From Mantamonas sphyraenae STR306 (taxonomy: Eukaryota > Protista > CRuMs): DNA of 64,000 nucleotides. The stretch is taken from contig JAPMXV010000007.1 in the NCBI GenBank assembly GCA_026936335.1, positions 186,001 through 250,000 of the forward strand, given 5' to 3'. A program made the position numbers and the translations under genes. The notes below the pieces were generated by a model. The model saw nothing but the letters and a program-made list of their open reading frames with translations. It had not been told where the DNA came from and did not search any database. This document shows, in pieces, positions 53,901 through 64,000 of this stretch. How positions within the stretch are numbered: position 1 is the stretch's first letter; each line of letters starts with the position of its first letter.

Positions 53901-56461
53901 TGACCAACTGGAAGGTCATGCTGATCAACCAGGCCGTTGACAACTTGGTCGACCTGGTGGTGGCAAGCAACGGCGACGTCGAGCGCCGTGATGTCCTGGC
54001 AGTTGTCAAACGCCTGCACAAAGGAGTGGATGACGAAGAGGACACTGATGCTCAAGACACACCAACAAGCAAGGCATGCGAGCACGCGGTCGTGACTGTG
54101 CTGCGCGAAGTGGTGGGGCTTTCTGTGGACAAGTACAAGGCGCTGATGTGCAACGATCCGAGCGACTCCGGCGCCGACTCTCATGTTTGCGCGTACGAGC
54201 TGGCCAGAGAATGCCAGTCCACACGCAAGCTGTACCCGGTCAAACAGTCTCTTCATCACCAGCTCGCGGTCGAACGGGAAAAGCTGTTTGGACGATGGGC
54301 CCTTTCCGCACTCTGTGACGGGTTGCTGGATGTTTGCTGGGAAGACAAGGAGGACACAATGCTTGCGTGGTCCATTCTGTGCGGTGCGGTCACATCGAGT
54401 CCAGGTGCGTGCTCCTCAGAAGGCGAGTACTTTCCATCTCCGTGTCCCCATTGCGTGGCAGGAGGCCCGTGCGACTGTGCCGTGGGCAGCTGGCTGAGGG
54501 GGGCAAAGCTGGCTGGAAATGGCCAACATGTGCATGCCCTGAGGGCTTCGTTTGCGTGGCACATGGTCAAGATCGGGGAGGAGAACGGGAGCAGCCGCTT
54601 GTTCTCGCGCGACGCCATCAAGGCGATGCAAGTGTGTGCATCCAGGTGCGCCAACGGCACAGCACGTGTTGTCACGCACAATGAGGACCACAACATCATC
54701 CCAGGGGAGGACATGGGCACGTACACTGACCCGCTCCTGCTCGCGGCCTTTGACGTTTTCGCCGTGGTTGACCCTATGCACGCGCCCAGGATTTCAAAGA
54801 CACCCTTCATCAACGATGGGCATCTGTCCATCCGCCTCTTCTCTGCGGTACACGCTCTGCACGTTCGCCATTGGCAGGTGCCGGCAGGGCCTGGCCAACG
54901 CCGGTTGTACTACCTGGAACATCTCATCCTTCCCGATGAACGGCTCTCGCTGTTCCCTACTTTGCGTGCGTGTCTGAATCTGCTCCGCAATCCAACCGCT
55001 ACGTCTTTGTCAGACACGAAACCAGTCGATGACGCCCAGCTGCTGTGCTTCCTGAAGGGCAATGTGGGGTTCCTGGAGGATGCGCCACTTGCTGAGCGTG
55101 CACAATCGTCACCGTTTCTGTCTCACAGCAAACCCAGGTACAACTTTGCGATTCATGGCAAGGGTGCCCTGGAAGGAACGTCGACAAGGTGCCGCGACAA
55201 AGACGCACACACTGAGGATCAAGGCAACCAACGACGCCTCATCGAGCGTGTTGCTGCTGTGACTATCCGTCTGTGCCAGGTTGCCATGTACGTGGCCGCA
55301 CACCAGCACCGGGAGCGTGGGAAGGAGGTTGAGGACCCACACGAGGCCGACGGCGACGGAGCGGCGCAAACACAGACCGAGGCTGTGCATAAGCTGCTCC
55401 GCAAGTGGCTTCCACAATCGGCGGACAAGATCATTGCCCTGAAGCTGTGCCCAGAGTCCATGGAGCACAGCAGACGACCACACGGTGTTGTGAGCTCGTT
55501 CTCCAGGCTCATCCCATTGAGCTCGAAGGCAAATGCGCGCTTGCAGTTCCTTGCCATGGATCCAGGCATTTCGAATGCGCCTTCAGCTCTGTACATCCCA
55601 CGCACGGAGCTCGTTGAGAACCACAATGTGCTTCACTTTGCAGACGCCTGGCGTTTTTCACCACCGTCACTGGGTGCCATGGAGCGCAGGACAGGGATCA
55701 AGCGCGACAACGCTCTGCTCTCGGCGACAGTGCGTGAGAAGATGCAGGAACTGCGAAGCAAACGATCTGGGTTGTTTGTGGACGTGCACACCGCAGCCAG
55801 GGCTGGACGGGTGGTGAAGAGTCAGTGCAGCGGCAAGATCCTGGAGTCTGAACAAGGGTCATCCGCTCAGTTCAATGAGGGATGCAGCCAGAGGGGCGAC
55901 AGCAAGACGCATGATCGACGCGAACAGAAAAGACGGATCCGAAAGATGAGGGAGCAATGGCTGGCACAGGTGCGGGCGACAGAGAAGATGCAGTTGGAGT
56001 TGGAGGAGGGGCAAGTGCGAGGCATCACACTGATGGAGGAGGGGCAACTGCGACGCATCACACTGCTGTGCATCGGTGACGGATTCAAGGGCGGCCGTGG
56101 TGGAGTGAAGAAACTGGAGGAGCTGGCCAAGCACAACATGATTGTTGTGCGTGTGAACGAGTGCAATACGACGCTGAGATGTCCCACATGTGGCAGTGTG
56201 CACAAGAGCAAGCACGGAAGTGACCGCACTGCGCGTGTCAAGTACTGCGAGCGATGTGAGATGCACCGGAACAGGGATTTCGCGAGTGCGCAGGCGATCG
56301 CCAACAAGGTGTTTGCTGCCCTTCGCGGCCACACCATATGGTGCATGACCAAGGTTTGGCAACGGAGTCAGATCGGAAGGACGTTTCGAAGCAAGATTGG
56401 TCTGCCAGAGAACGTGGACGGCGAGGCACAGAACCTGGAGGCGAATTCGAGTGCAGGCTGA
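50990..56461 (+). CDS. Giant Fanzor1-type (TnpB-derived) RNA-guided endonuclease, about 1,820 aa
   Basis: RuvC-I LQFLAMDPG (D at 55559); LLCIGDG strand with Gly where TnpB has its canonical Glu; relocated RuvC-II VVRVNECNTT (E at 56159); Zn finger CPTC (56180) and CERC (56246); RuvC-III NRDFASAQAI (D at 56276). Likely start is ATG 50990 (cacaATG); a possible in-frame intron lies at 51128-51298. Confidence 0.85.
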   Translation: MSEHHAKHSKHNDKRKRSHSNIALDNDGEDGLSVSERSGMKRSRRHVCASVHCDNGVGLQERFCDVCVLGGSARETVVDVQGPRRSLKVEGGVGSVRMFAAAQAAMDTELVYGDYEEYREDEEYSDDEEDSEDEEYSPVARRPRKAQEGKKRKPTQSDQVVSVQLAHGRQGGNGKARRQQDILATYGIEFEQGMTQLEGDVKVLVDVSSVVHTVVEEAARVSDVPEDKVRELVTRCVEAEKAATELRVDLRNANVRYVLVCDLKPEFLDEQAQSVSFGTHLRRMENTLAHVATMSKTLRKLKREKADLKTLAQGHTLSLTGQAQVAVYHAVKHLCSQHDVYECGNDKVNENPGACLADDVKNELVRLYNQLQHVTFVITLHDSDWAYNVAEHPVVLLHPRLGFAIVEPHVGRLVSLVAALLLSSDIEAAVRAPRRNMLRLDAGSLNELLAGGGSLLTYIYQPILRDDKSVAHLLQGTRGTQPASKHLDLVQEHAQKYLAAVKFHLCQMGFDDRTINTLTSLHAWDAVFDTGGTKAELDWSGLPGPHVLGQVNLGGGGHIGSLFAAYANDYAVTDHDTLRKARLLPPGEVVEQARQLEGEQTLRGALDGLKEQIRTRWEAMKRHDASHVPLENIGSRHASPVTVDAAAEGVEGLVAAARGTDEIEYTNPASMYNNMISVKKWEALCKKHADNGKRERLSKMRGVLEATVRDKLNTKMTKAMKKAGVDASMDVFVGDNQQLAAILGPTPPSSDEAVFWDTMASNAIDYVYQKQDDDDDGHGASRLDAVINTILPDPSDDEWEVFMGFSTPKLDSDHTERLASSSCVVELGSLEKLRNAALINARSVEELDAMAHAFGLIVAIQCDLLECGLLEPSKDLENVLSACLQLKVGRIYLKPPSEVEITCEATPKLPKFPKYISVTADLVLSRQPSGGVVAEYLDELAPEKARCGIDLRCLPSGAFTALCQRGAALVLTNWKVMLINQAVDNLVDLVVASNGDVERRDVLAVVKRLHKGVDDEEDTDAQDTPTSKACEHAVVTVLREVVGLSVDKYKALMCNDPSDSGADSHVCAYELARECQSTRKLYPVKQSLHHQLAVEREKLFGRWALSALCDGLLDVCWEDKEDTMLAWSILCGAVTSSPGACSSEGEYFPSPCPHCVAGGPCDCAVGSWLRGAKLAGNGQHVHALRASFAWHMVKIGEENGSSRLFSRDAIKAMQVCASRCANGTARVVTHNEDHNIIPGEDMGTYTDPLLLAAFDVFAVVDPMHAPRISKTPFINDGHLSIRLFSAVHALHVRHWQVPAGPGQRRLYYLEHLILPDERLSLFPTLRACLNLLRNPTATSLSDTKPVDDAQLLCFLKGNVGFLEDAPLAERAQSSPFLSHSKPRYNFAIHGKGALEGTSTRCRDKDAHTEDQGNQRRLIERVAAVTIRLCQVAMYVAAHQHRERGKEVEDPHEADGDGAAQTQTEAVHKLLRKWLPQSADKIIALKLCPESMEHSRRPHGVVSSFSRLIPLSSKANARLQFLAMDPGISNAPSALYIPRTELVENHNVLHFADAWRFSPPSLGAMERRTGIKRDNALLSATVREKMQELRSKRSGLFVDVHTAARAGRVVKSQCSGKILESEQGSSAQFNEGCSQRGDSKTHDRREQKRRIRKMREQWLAQVRATEKMQLELEEGQVRGITLMEEGQLRRITLLCIGDGFKGGRGGVKKLEELAKHNMIVVRVNECNTTLRCPTCGSVHKSKHGSDRTARVKYCERCEMHRNRDFASAQAIANKVFAALRGHTIWCMTKVWQRSQIGRTFRSKIGLPENVDGEAQNLEANSSAG
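56001..56066 (+). repeat. 33-bp in-frame tandem duplication inside the Fanzor ORF
   Basis: tggaggaggggcaagtgcgaggcatcacactga versus tggaggaggggcaactgcgacgcatcacactgc, 30/33 identical, encoding EEGQVRGITL and EEGQLRRITL. Confidence 0.9.
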
Positions 56462-56622
56462 GGACGGGGCACCAGAACCGTCAACCAACCAACCAACCAA
56501 CACTGAGTGTATACCACTCCTCACAGGACGTAGGTTTTGTTTTCCCGAGCCCAATCGCGTTGCGCCAGCTCACACAAAAGTTTCAATTTGAACCGAACAG
56601 CCTGTACTGTAAAGGAATAGAA
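56462..56622 (+). ncRNA. Candidate Fanzor omegaRNA (scaffold up to the right end, guide in the flank)
   Basis: It lies between the Fanzor stop and the right TIR, the expected position. Short stems: GACGG/CCGTC (56463-56482), GAGTG/CACTC (56505-56519) and GAGC/GCTC (56547-56571), plus an (AACC)4 linker. No expression evidence. Confidence 0.4.
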
Positions 56623-56632
56623 AAACACCCCA

Positions 56633-56875
56633 ATGTCCTCAGGCTACTCTGTTCCATGCGTCATTCTTCAGGATGGGGAAGAAGTGGAGCGCACGAATGT
56701 CCACCATGCTTCCAGGGTGTCAAACGCCCTGTCCACAGTGGCCATGGCACTTGGCGTCGAGCTCCTCACGCCCACCGACATGAACATCGCCTCACACCGC
56801 ATCCGAGACTACAAAGGCAATGCGCTCGAGGTGACTGACGAGAACGGGGTCTCGTACAGGCTTCAGATTGCCTGA
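56633..56875 (+). CDS. 80-aa hypothetical protein
   Basis: ccaATG context, host-like codon usage and globular composition; it fills the gap between the element end and the convergent DBR1 stop. Confidence 0.55.
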   Translation: MSSGYSVPCVILQDGEEVERTNVHHASRVSNALSTVAMALGVELLTPTDMNIASHRIRDYKGNALEVTDENGVSYRLQIA

Positions 56876-56990
56876 AAGGCGCGCGTGTGGGGGCATCGCC
56901 GCCGCTGCCGCAAATCAAGAGGGCCCCCCCTCCACACACGCCCCCAGTTTCTTTCTTGTAAATACCATATTGAACCTCTCCACTTTGCGT

Positions 56991-57840
56991 TCATTGCTCG
57001 TCCTCCTGCTCATCATCATCATCGTCGTCGTCGTCGTCGTCGTCAAGAGCGTCCAAATCAATCGCTTCCGGGTTGTCCACAGAGGCACCCGTCTGCTCAA
57101 ACTCGTCCCGCTTTCGTTTGGACGACTCTTCGTCTGCTTGACTGTTGCTTTGCTGCTGCTGCGGCCCGTTTGCGGCCGCCTCAAGCTCAGCGGTGCGTCG
57201 TTTGAGCTCAGCCTCCATGCGCTCCTGGATGGTTTGCTGCGAGGGCATGTCCAGGGTCATCCCCTGTTGTGGCTGAAAGTGTTGTTGTGATTGACTGTAC
57301 ATCCGTTGCTGCTGCTGTTGTTGCTGGGCCATCTGCTGCATCCATTGCCGTTGCTGCTGGCACAGTTCCTCAAACGGGTTGTCCAGCTCCAGCTTGGCCA
57401 GCAGGGCACTGGTCTGACCATTGACCTCTGCAGCCGCCGTGGGCACTTCGTATGGACGTGTGTTTGCGTCGTACACGGGTGCGCTGGCGTCAAAGTCCTG
57501 CGGGATGGTGTAGTCCCCTTCAAACTGCGCCTCCACCCAATCCAGCTCCTCCTGTGTCACCTGCCACGACTCTCGCCCACACGAGGCTGCGTCTGGCAGC
57601 TGCGTGCGCGTGTGTTTCAGGTTCAGATGCTCGTGCGTTGCCTTGACAATGGCCAGCCACTCTTGGTCAAAGCACAGCACAGGGGCGTCTCCACCCTCCT
57701 CCCCCTCTTCCTCATCATCATCACCCATGTCCAACACCTGCAAGTAGTCACGTCCAGGAAGCACCTTGTCCAGCGCAAGGAAACGCGTGGTCTTTGCCGA
57801 CACCTTGTTTTCTCCTCCTCCTCCTCCTCCTCCTCCGCTG

Positions 57841-57876
<36 letters not shown>

Positions 57877-58368
57877 GTGTCTTCCGTCTCCATAGCTTCA
57901 TCATCCTTGGTGACAGATGCGGTGCTGGAAACCTCTTCATGGCGCACGACGGCAGCAAACTTGACGTGCAGATGCGCTGCAAACCAATAGGCTGGCTTGA
58001 GCTGAGTGAGCAGCTGCTGCGTCTCGGGACTGCCCAGGTCGTGACGGTGCACCTCGTCGGCCAAATGGCGCTTTCGGCGCAGCAATGCCTTCATGTCCCC
58101 GTGGTAGGCAATGTCGTTGGGCCAGTCATGGGTGACCATGGCGTCCAACTCACCCGTCACCTGCCGCAGACGCCACATGTCAAATGAGCGCACGTGGTAT
58201 GCACTGCGCATTGTCGACCGGTTGTACGGCGGCATTTCGTGGTGCCCCAGGTGGTAGTCGCGTGCGTCGTGGATGCCAGAAAGTCCGGCGATCCGCAACG
58301 AGCCAAACCGCACCACGCCCGCCATACCCATGTAGTAGATGTTGGGACACACCCAGCCTCCGTAATAC

Positions 58369-58427
<59 letters not shown>

Positions 58428-58802
58428 GTTGGAGGGTGGGCGGGGAAATGGGTGTGAGCGCCCAGTCAAATCACCAGCCTGGCCTTTCCCCTCTCTCGAC
58501 GCGCTCCCTTTTTGCACATACAAGCCCCACAGATAGTTGGATGCTTCGTGGTTGCCCCCCACAAAGATGGTTGGCACGGGTGCCATCTTTTCACCTGCGT
58601 AGTACTTGTAAAAGGTGTTCATGCTGCGATACTTGTCTGGGCAAGCCATGCACTGCAGATCCGACAGGTTGCGCACGCTCTGAAAGTCACCCGTGCAAAT
58701 CACCAGATCGATTTTCATCCCCTTTTCCTTCTGCAGGTATTCCACGCTGTCGTACAGCGTGTCCAATTCACCATGAGTGCACCCGACGACCGCAACCTTC
58801 AT
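56991..58802 (-). CDS. DBR1: Lariat debranching enzyme; intron 58521-58369
   Basis: Motifs VGCTHGELD, CTGDFQSVRN, IFVGGNHEAS, YYGGWVCPNIYYMG, SAYHVR, THDWP, YWFAAHLHVKF and TRFLALDKVLPGRDYLQ. Confidence 0.96.
58372..58425. repeat. (TG)27 microsatellite at the 3' end of the DBR1 intron
   Basis: A perfect dinucleotide run read directly from the sequence. Confidence 0.95.
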
Positions 58803-58870
58803 CACGCTCACGATTTCCCTGCACCCATCCACGCATCACCGTGCATCATGATCCATGTGCAGTTTCCATT

Positions 58871-58910
58871 CATCCAATCATCCAATCATCCAATCATCCA
58901 ATCATCCAAT
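58871..58910. repeat. (CATCCAAT)5 tandem repeat upstream of DBR1
   Basis: Five perfect 8-bp units, each containing CCAAT. Confidence 0.9.
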
Positions 58911-59026
58911 CATCATCATCCCATGCTCGTCCACTTCCCTCATTCCCATTCCCTCACCCGTTTCCCCTTCCCCCCCGGGGTTTCCCCCACCCCTTCCACC
59001 GTTTCAGGTGTGTCCAGCACTGTTGC

Positions 59027-61168
<2,142 letters not shown>

Positions 61169-61427
61169 TGTCCCCCTTCTGTGTGAGTGTCCTTGGCAAC
61201 GTGCAACGGCCACTCTCTCCACCCCGCTTTCCTCCACGCAACACCCGCTCCTTCCTATCGCGACATGGTAGCCACACAACACACACACGTCTGCGAATGG
61301 GTGCAGATGACCAATAGGAAGCACTGCATCACACAAAAACATACATCGTTGGGGATTTTTTTGGTTGGGCGTGCCCGCGTCTCTCTCTCTCTCTCGCCTC
61401 GCCTTGGTCCACCACCCGGCTGCACGT

Positions 61428-63017
61428 TCACCACTGAAACTCCAGGGCTGCAGTGGCACGGTTGAACACAAAGTTAAAGTTGTTGTACCCGTCCTCCTCC
61501 GTGTACACGATGCTCATGCCTGCGGCCAACCCCAGACGCCACGACGACTTGTGCCGGTGCACCTTTTGGTATTGACAGATGATCAGATTGTCCGTGTCCG
61601 ATTCCGAGTCGTCGTCGTCCGAGTTGAGCTCCTCGTCCGACAAGCTCTCCCCAATGATTTCCCCGCTTGCGGTGACCCCTCCGTTTGCATCTGCCTCAGC
61701 CTGCACACTCGACGACGACGCGGTGGCCCCTGCTTCTCCTGTGGTTGTTCCTTCTCCTCCTCCTGCAATCACGTCCTGCTGCTGCGCTTCTCCCGCCTCT
61801 CCACTTGGTCCGTCGTGTTGTGGGATGCGGCTGCCACCGCTGTTGCGTTCCTGCTGTGTCGTTGTCGTTGTCGTTGTTGATGTTGTGATGCTCGTGGTGC
61901 TGGTTGTGTCTGCGAGTGATGTGTGCGTGTGTTCCACATCCATGGTCATTGTCATTCTGCCCTGCTGTGTGGCCTGCTGTTGCTTCAGCTGTGCCTGCGC
62001 AAGCTTCCGCACACGTCGACGCTCCCTACGCTCGCGTCGTGCCATCTTACGCTCCAGAATTGCATTCACAGTTTCTGCTGTGGGTCGGTTTACACTCAGC
62101 CGTTCCATCAGCATTTCTGTGCTCGGTACGCCCCCGCTGGCGCCGTCCATTTGTTGCAGTTCCTGCGAGGTGGTTCGCGTGTGGTGGTCCCACGTCCCGT
62201 GTCAGTCCACACGTATGCACACACATGGCACATGGCACATGGGCACACGGCACCCTCTGCCTCGCCCATCATCTCTTGTGTCCTGCCATTCACACTCTCC
62301 CACGCTCTCTACACGCCAAAAAAGAGGCTGACTCACCGTAAAGTCGGCCCGCTGAGTGCGTCGCCGCTTGCCCGTTCGCGGCATGACGACGGCCTCAGCT
62401 GGCTTGCCTGGCAAGGATGTTGCAGACGCCACCTTGCGTTTGGGCTGCATGCGTGCGTAGGAATGGAGTACGATGTTGTCAGTGAGTGTGCGTGTGTGTG
62501 GGTGTCTCGAGACGGAATGCGCGCCCAGGACGCCTTTGGCTTCCCGGCAGCAGCTCACCTCCCACTCCTCGTCATCGTTGCCTGCGTCCCACGCATCTGC
62601 TTCCTCCTCCTCGTCCGTCTCCTCGCCCACAAACTCCTCTTCCTCTTCGTCGTCGTCGTCGTCTGTCCATTGGTCATCCGCATCCTCCTCGTCCTCCTCC
62701 TCGTCCCACGACGTCTCCCGCCGCTTTCGCTTCCCTTTGCCCTTCTCCTTGCTTCCTGCCCTGCCGTTGGCTCCCGCGCGTGCTTCGCTCACAGTCTCCT
62801 CTCGCTTTACGGCCGCACTGGGGTCTTCTGCGTCGATGTCGATCCCCTCCTCCCGCAGCTTCGCCGCCCAAGTGTCGCGGATCAGCTGCGCCGCACTCGT
62901 TTCCATCCTCTCCTCCCGCTTCATCCGCTCCACCATCGCCTTGACCACGGAGCGGTAGAACGCAACCACCTGCCACTGTGCAGTCGAGTTTCGGTACGAA
63001 TCGTGGTCCAGTTTCAT
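61428..63017 (-). CDS. GTF2A1: Transcription factor IIA large (alpha/beta) subunit; introns 62558-62445 and 62336-62163
   Basis: N-terminal FYRSVVKAMV...LIRDTWAAKL; QHDG (cf. the QVDG cleavage motif); C-terminal LNSDDD...TDNLIICQYQKVHRHKSSWRLGL..G...FVFNRA...FQW. Confidence 0.85.
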
Positions 63018-63113
63018 GGAGGTGAAGGGGGAGGGGAAGGAGAAAGGCTGGCAGACGCCGCGCCGCCCCTGCCGCCACCGCAAAAACGAAACAACTTCAT
63101 AACTTCACACGCA

Positions 63114-64000
63114 ATGACTTCATACGAAAAGGGAACTGAGAAGCCGACCAACGGAACCTTCAAGGCATTCGACCACGTGCACCTGTGGGTGGGCAACGCA
63201 AAGCAGGCTGCCGACTGGTACTGCGCACGTCTGGGCTTTGCCAAGATTGCCTACAAGGGTCTCGAGACCGGCGAGCGCGACGTCGTCACACATGTCGTGC
63301 GCCAGGGCAAGGTGAGTTGCTTACACGCACCGTGCGGGTCTGTGTTTGTGTCTGTGTCTGTGTTGTGACTGCCAATCGTGCACGCAAAGCCCTTTTTTTA
63401 GGCAACACCAGGTGGGTTGGCCTTTTTCCTGACACCCCCCTCTCTCGGTTGCAGATCACCTTTGCCTTCAGCTCCCCGCTCAACCCGGGCAACACGGAGA
63501 TGGGCCAGCACATGATCGACCACGGAGACGGAGTCAAGGACGTGTGCTTTGAGGTCGACGATGTCGAGAGCATCTACAACGTAAGCGAGCCGCCTTTGTG
63601 TTTTGCTCCCCCTCCTCTTTCCGCCACCAGCAACCATCCAACTCCAAACTCGTGTTTCGGCTCCGTCTGCTGCTCTGCATGCTCGCCAGGCCCTAGTCGG
63701 CCAGCCCCACGCCTGCGCATGTGTTCCACATGTGCATTGGCCCCGCACGGTGTGTACACACCAACCCCATCTCACTGCACAAGGGTCGCCAAGGTTCCAG
63801 AAATTTCCGCCTGGTCCGCCCAACTGCTTGCCGACCCTCCGAGCGACGCAGGCGCCATGCCACAGGCACGAAACAACTCACACATGCTGTGCAAACACAC
63901 GCCCTACCCTGCCTCACTCTCAGTATGCCGTCGAGCAGGGTGCCAAGTCCCTGCAGGAGCCGACAACGCTGAGTGACGACAACGGAAGCGTGGTGGTGGC
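63114..64000 (+). CDS. HPD: 4-hydroxyphenylpyruvate dioxygenase, 5' part; introns 63312-63454 and 63581-63923
   Basis: FDHVHLWVGNAKQAADWYCARLGF..IAYKGLETG, HGDGVKDVCFEVDD and AVEQGAKSLQEP...DDNGSV. Confidence 0.95.

Larger units (their letters stand above)
50782..56604 (+). mobile_element. Putative non-autonomous Tc1/mariner/pogo-type TIR element carrying a Fanzor gene, flanked by TA duplications (50780-50781 and 56605-56606)
   Basis: Left 50780-50803 is TACAGTGAATTCGGGTCAAGTTGA. The reverse complement of 56583-56606 is TACAGGCTGTTCGGTTCAAATTGA. These are 18/24 identical ungapped, including TA+CAG. Removing the element leaves a 47-bp intergenic gap typical of this window. An alternative right end is 56609 (TA at 56610-56611). 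No transposase recognised. Confidence 0.6.

Noticed and set aside
50782-56604. Bacterial IS200/IS605/IS607 element, CRISPR-Cas12 locus or contamination
   Set aside because: No Y1 or serine recombinase, cas genes or repeat-spacer array are present. The flanks are intron-containing eukaryotic genes, and the protein has NLS-like patches and the Fanzor-type rearranged RuvC.
57812-57873. (CCT)n/(CTG)n tracts, also near 15590-15621 and 35292-35330
   Set aside because: Ordinary coding microsatellites giving poly-Ser/Gly linkers.

Overview
Very gene-dense, GC-rich nuclear DNA from a flagellated unicellular eukaryote. It has short GT-AG introns and intergenic gaps of mostly 18-100 bp. Genes from left to right: a giant ankyrin-repeat/coiled-coil gene that runs off the left edge and is missing from the ORF track, TEL2, a DNAH6-class inner-arm dynein heavy chain, a signal-peptide-bearing OGT/SEC-type GT41 glycosyltransferase, ROGDI, IMP3, TMEM170, a divergent TFIIB, a gustatory-receptor-like 7TM protein, a possible dynamin/mitofusin-like pseudo-GTPase, a 64-aa membrane protein, a coiled-coil protein, a TM-C1-PH-C1-SMP lipid-transfer protein, an 80-aa ORF, DBR1, CCDC151/ODAD3, the TFIIA large subunit and HPD (runs off the right edge). 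The stand-out is at about 50.8-56.6 kb, between the SMP gene and the 80-aa ORF. It is an uninterrupted ORF of about 1,820 aa ending in an intact Fanzor1-type (TnpB-derived) RuvC/Zn-finger nuclease, with roughly 800 aa of unrecognised N-terminal sequence. The ORF is enclosed by degenerate TA|CAG... terminal inverted repeats of Tc1/mariner/pogo style. No transposase is recognisable, and a structured candidate omegaRNA lies between the stop codon and the right end. All family calls rest on motifs recognised by eye; no database search was run.
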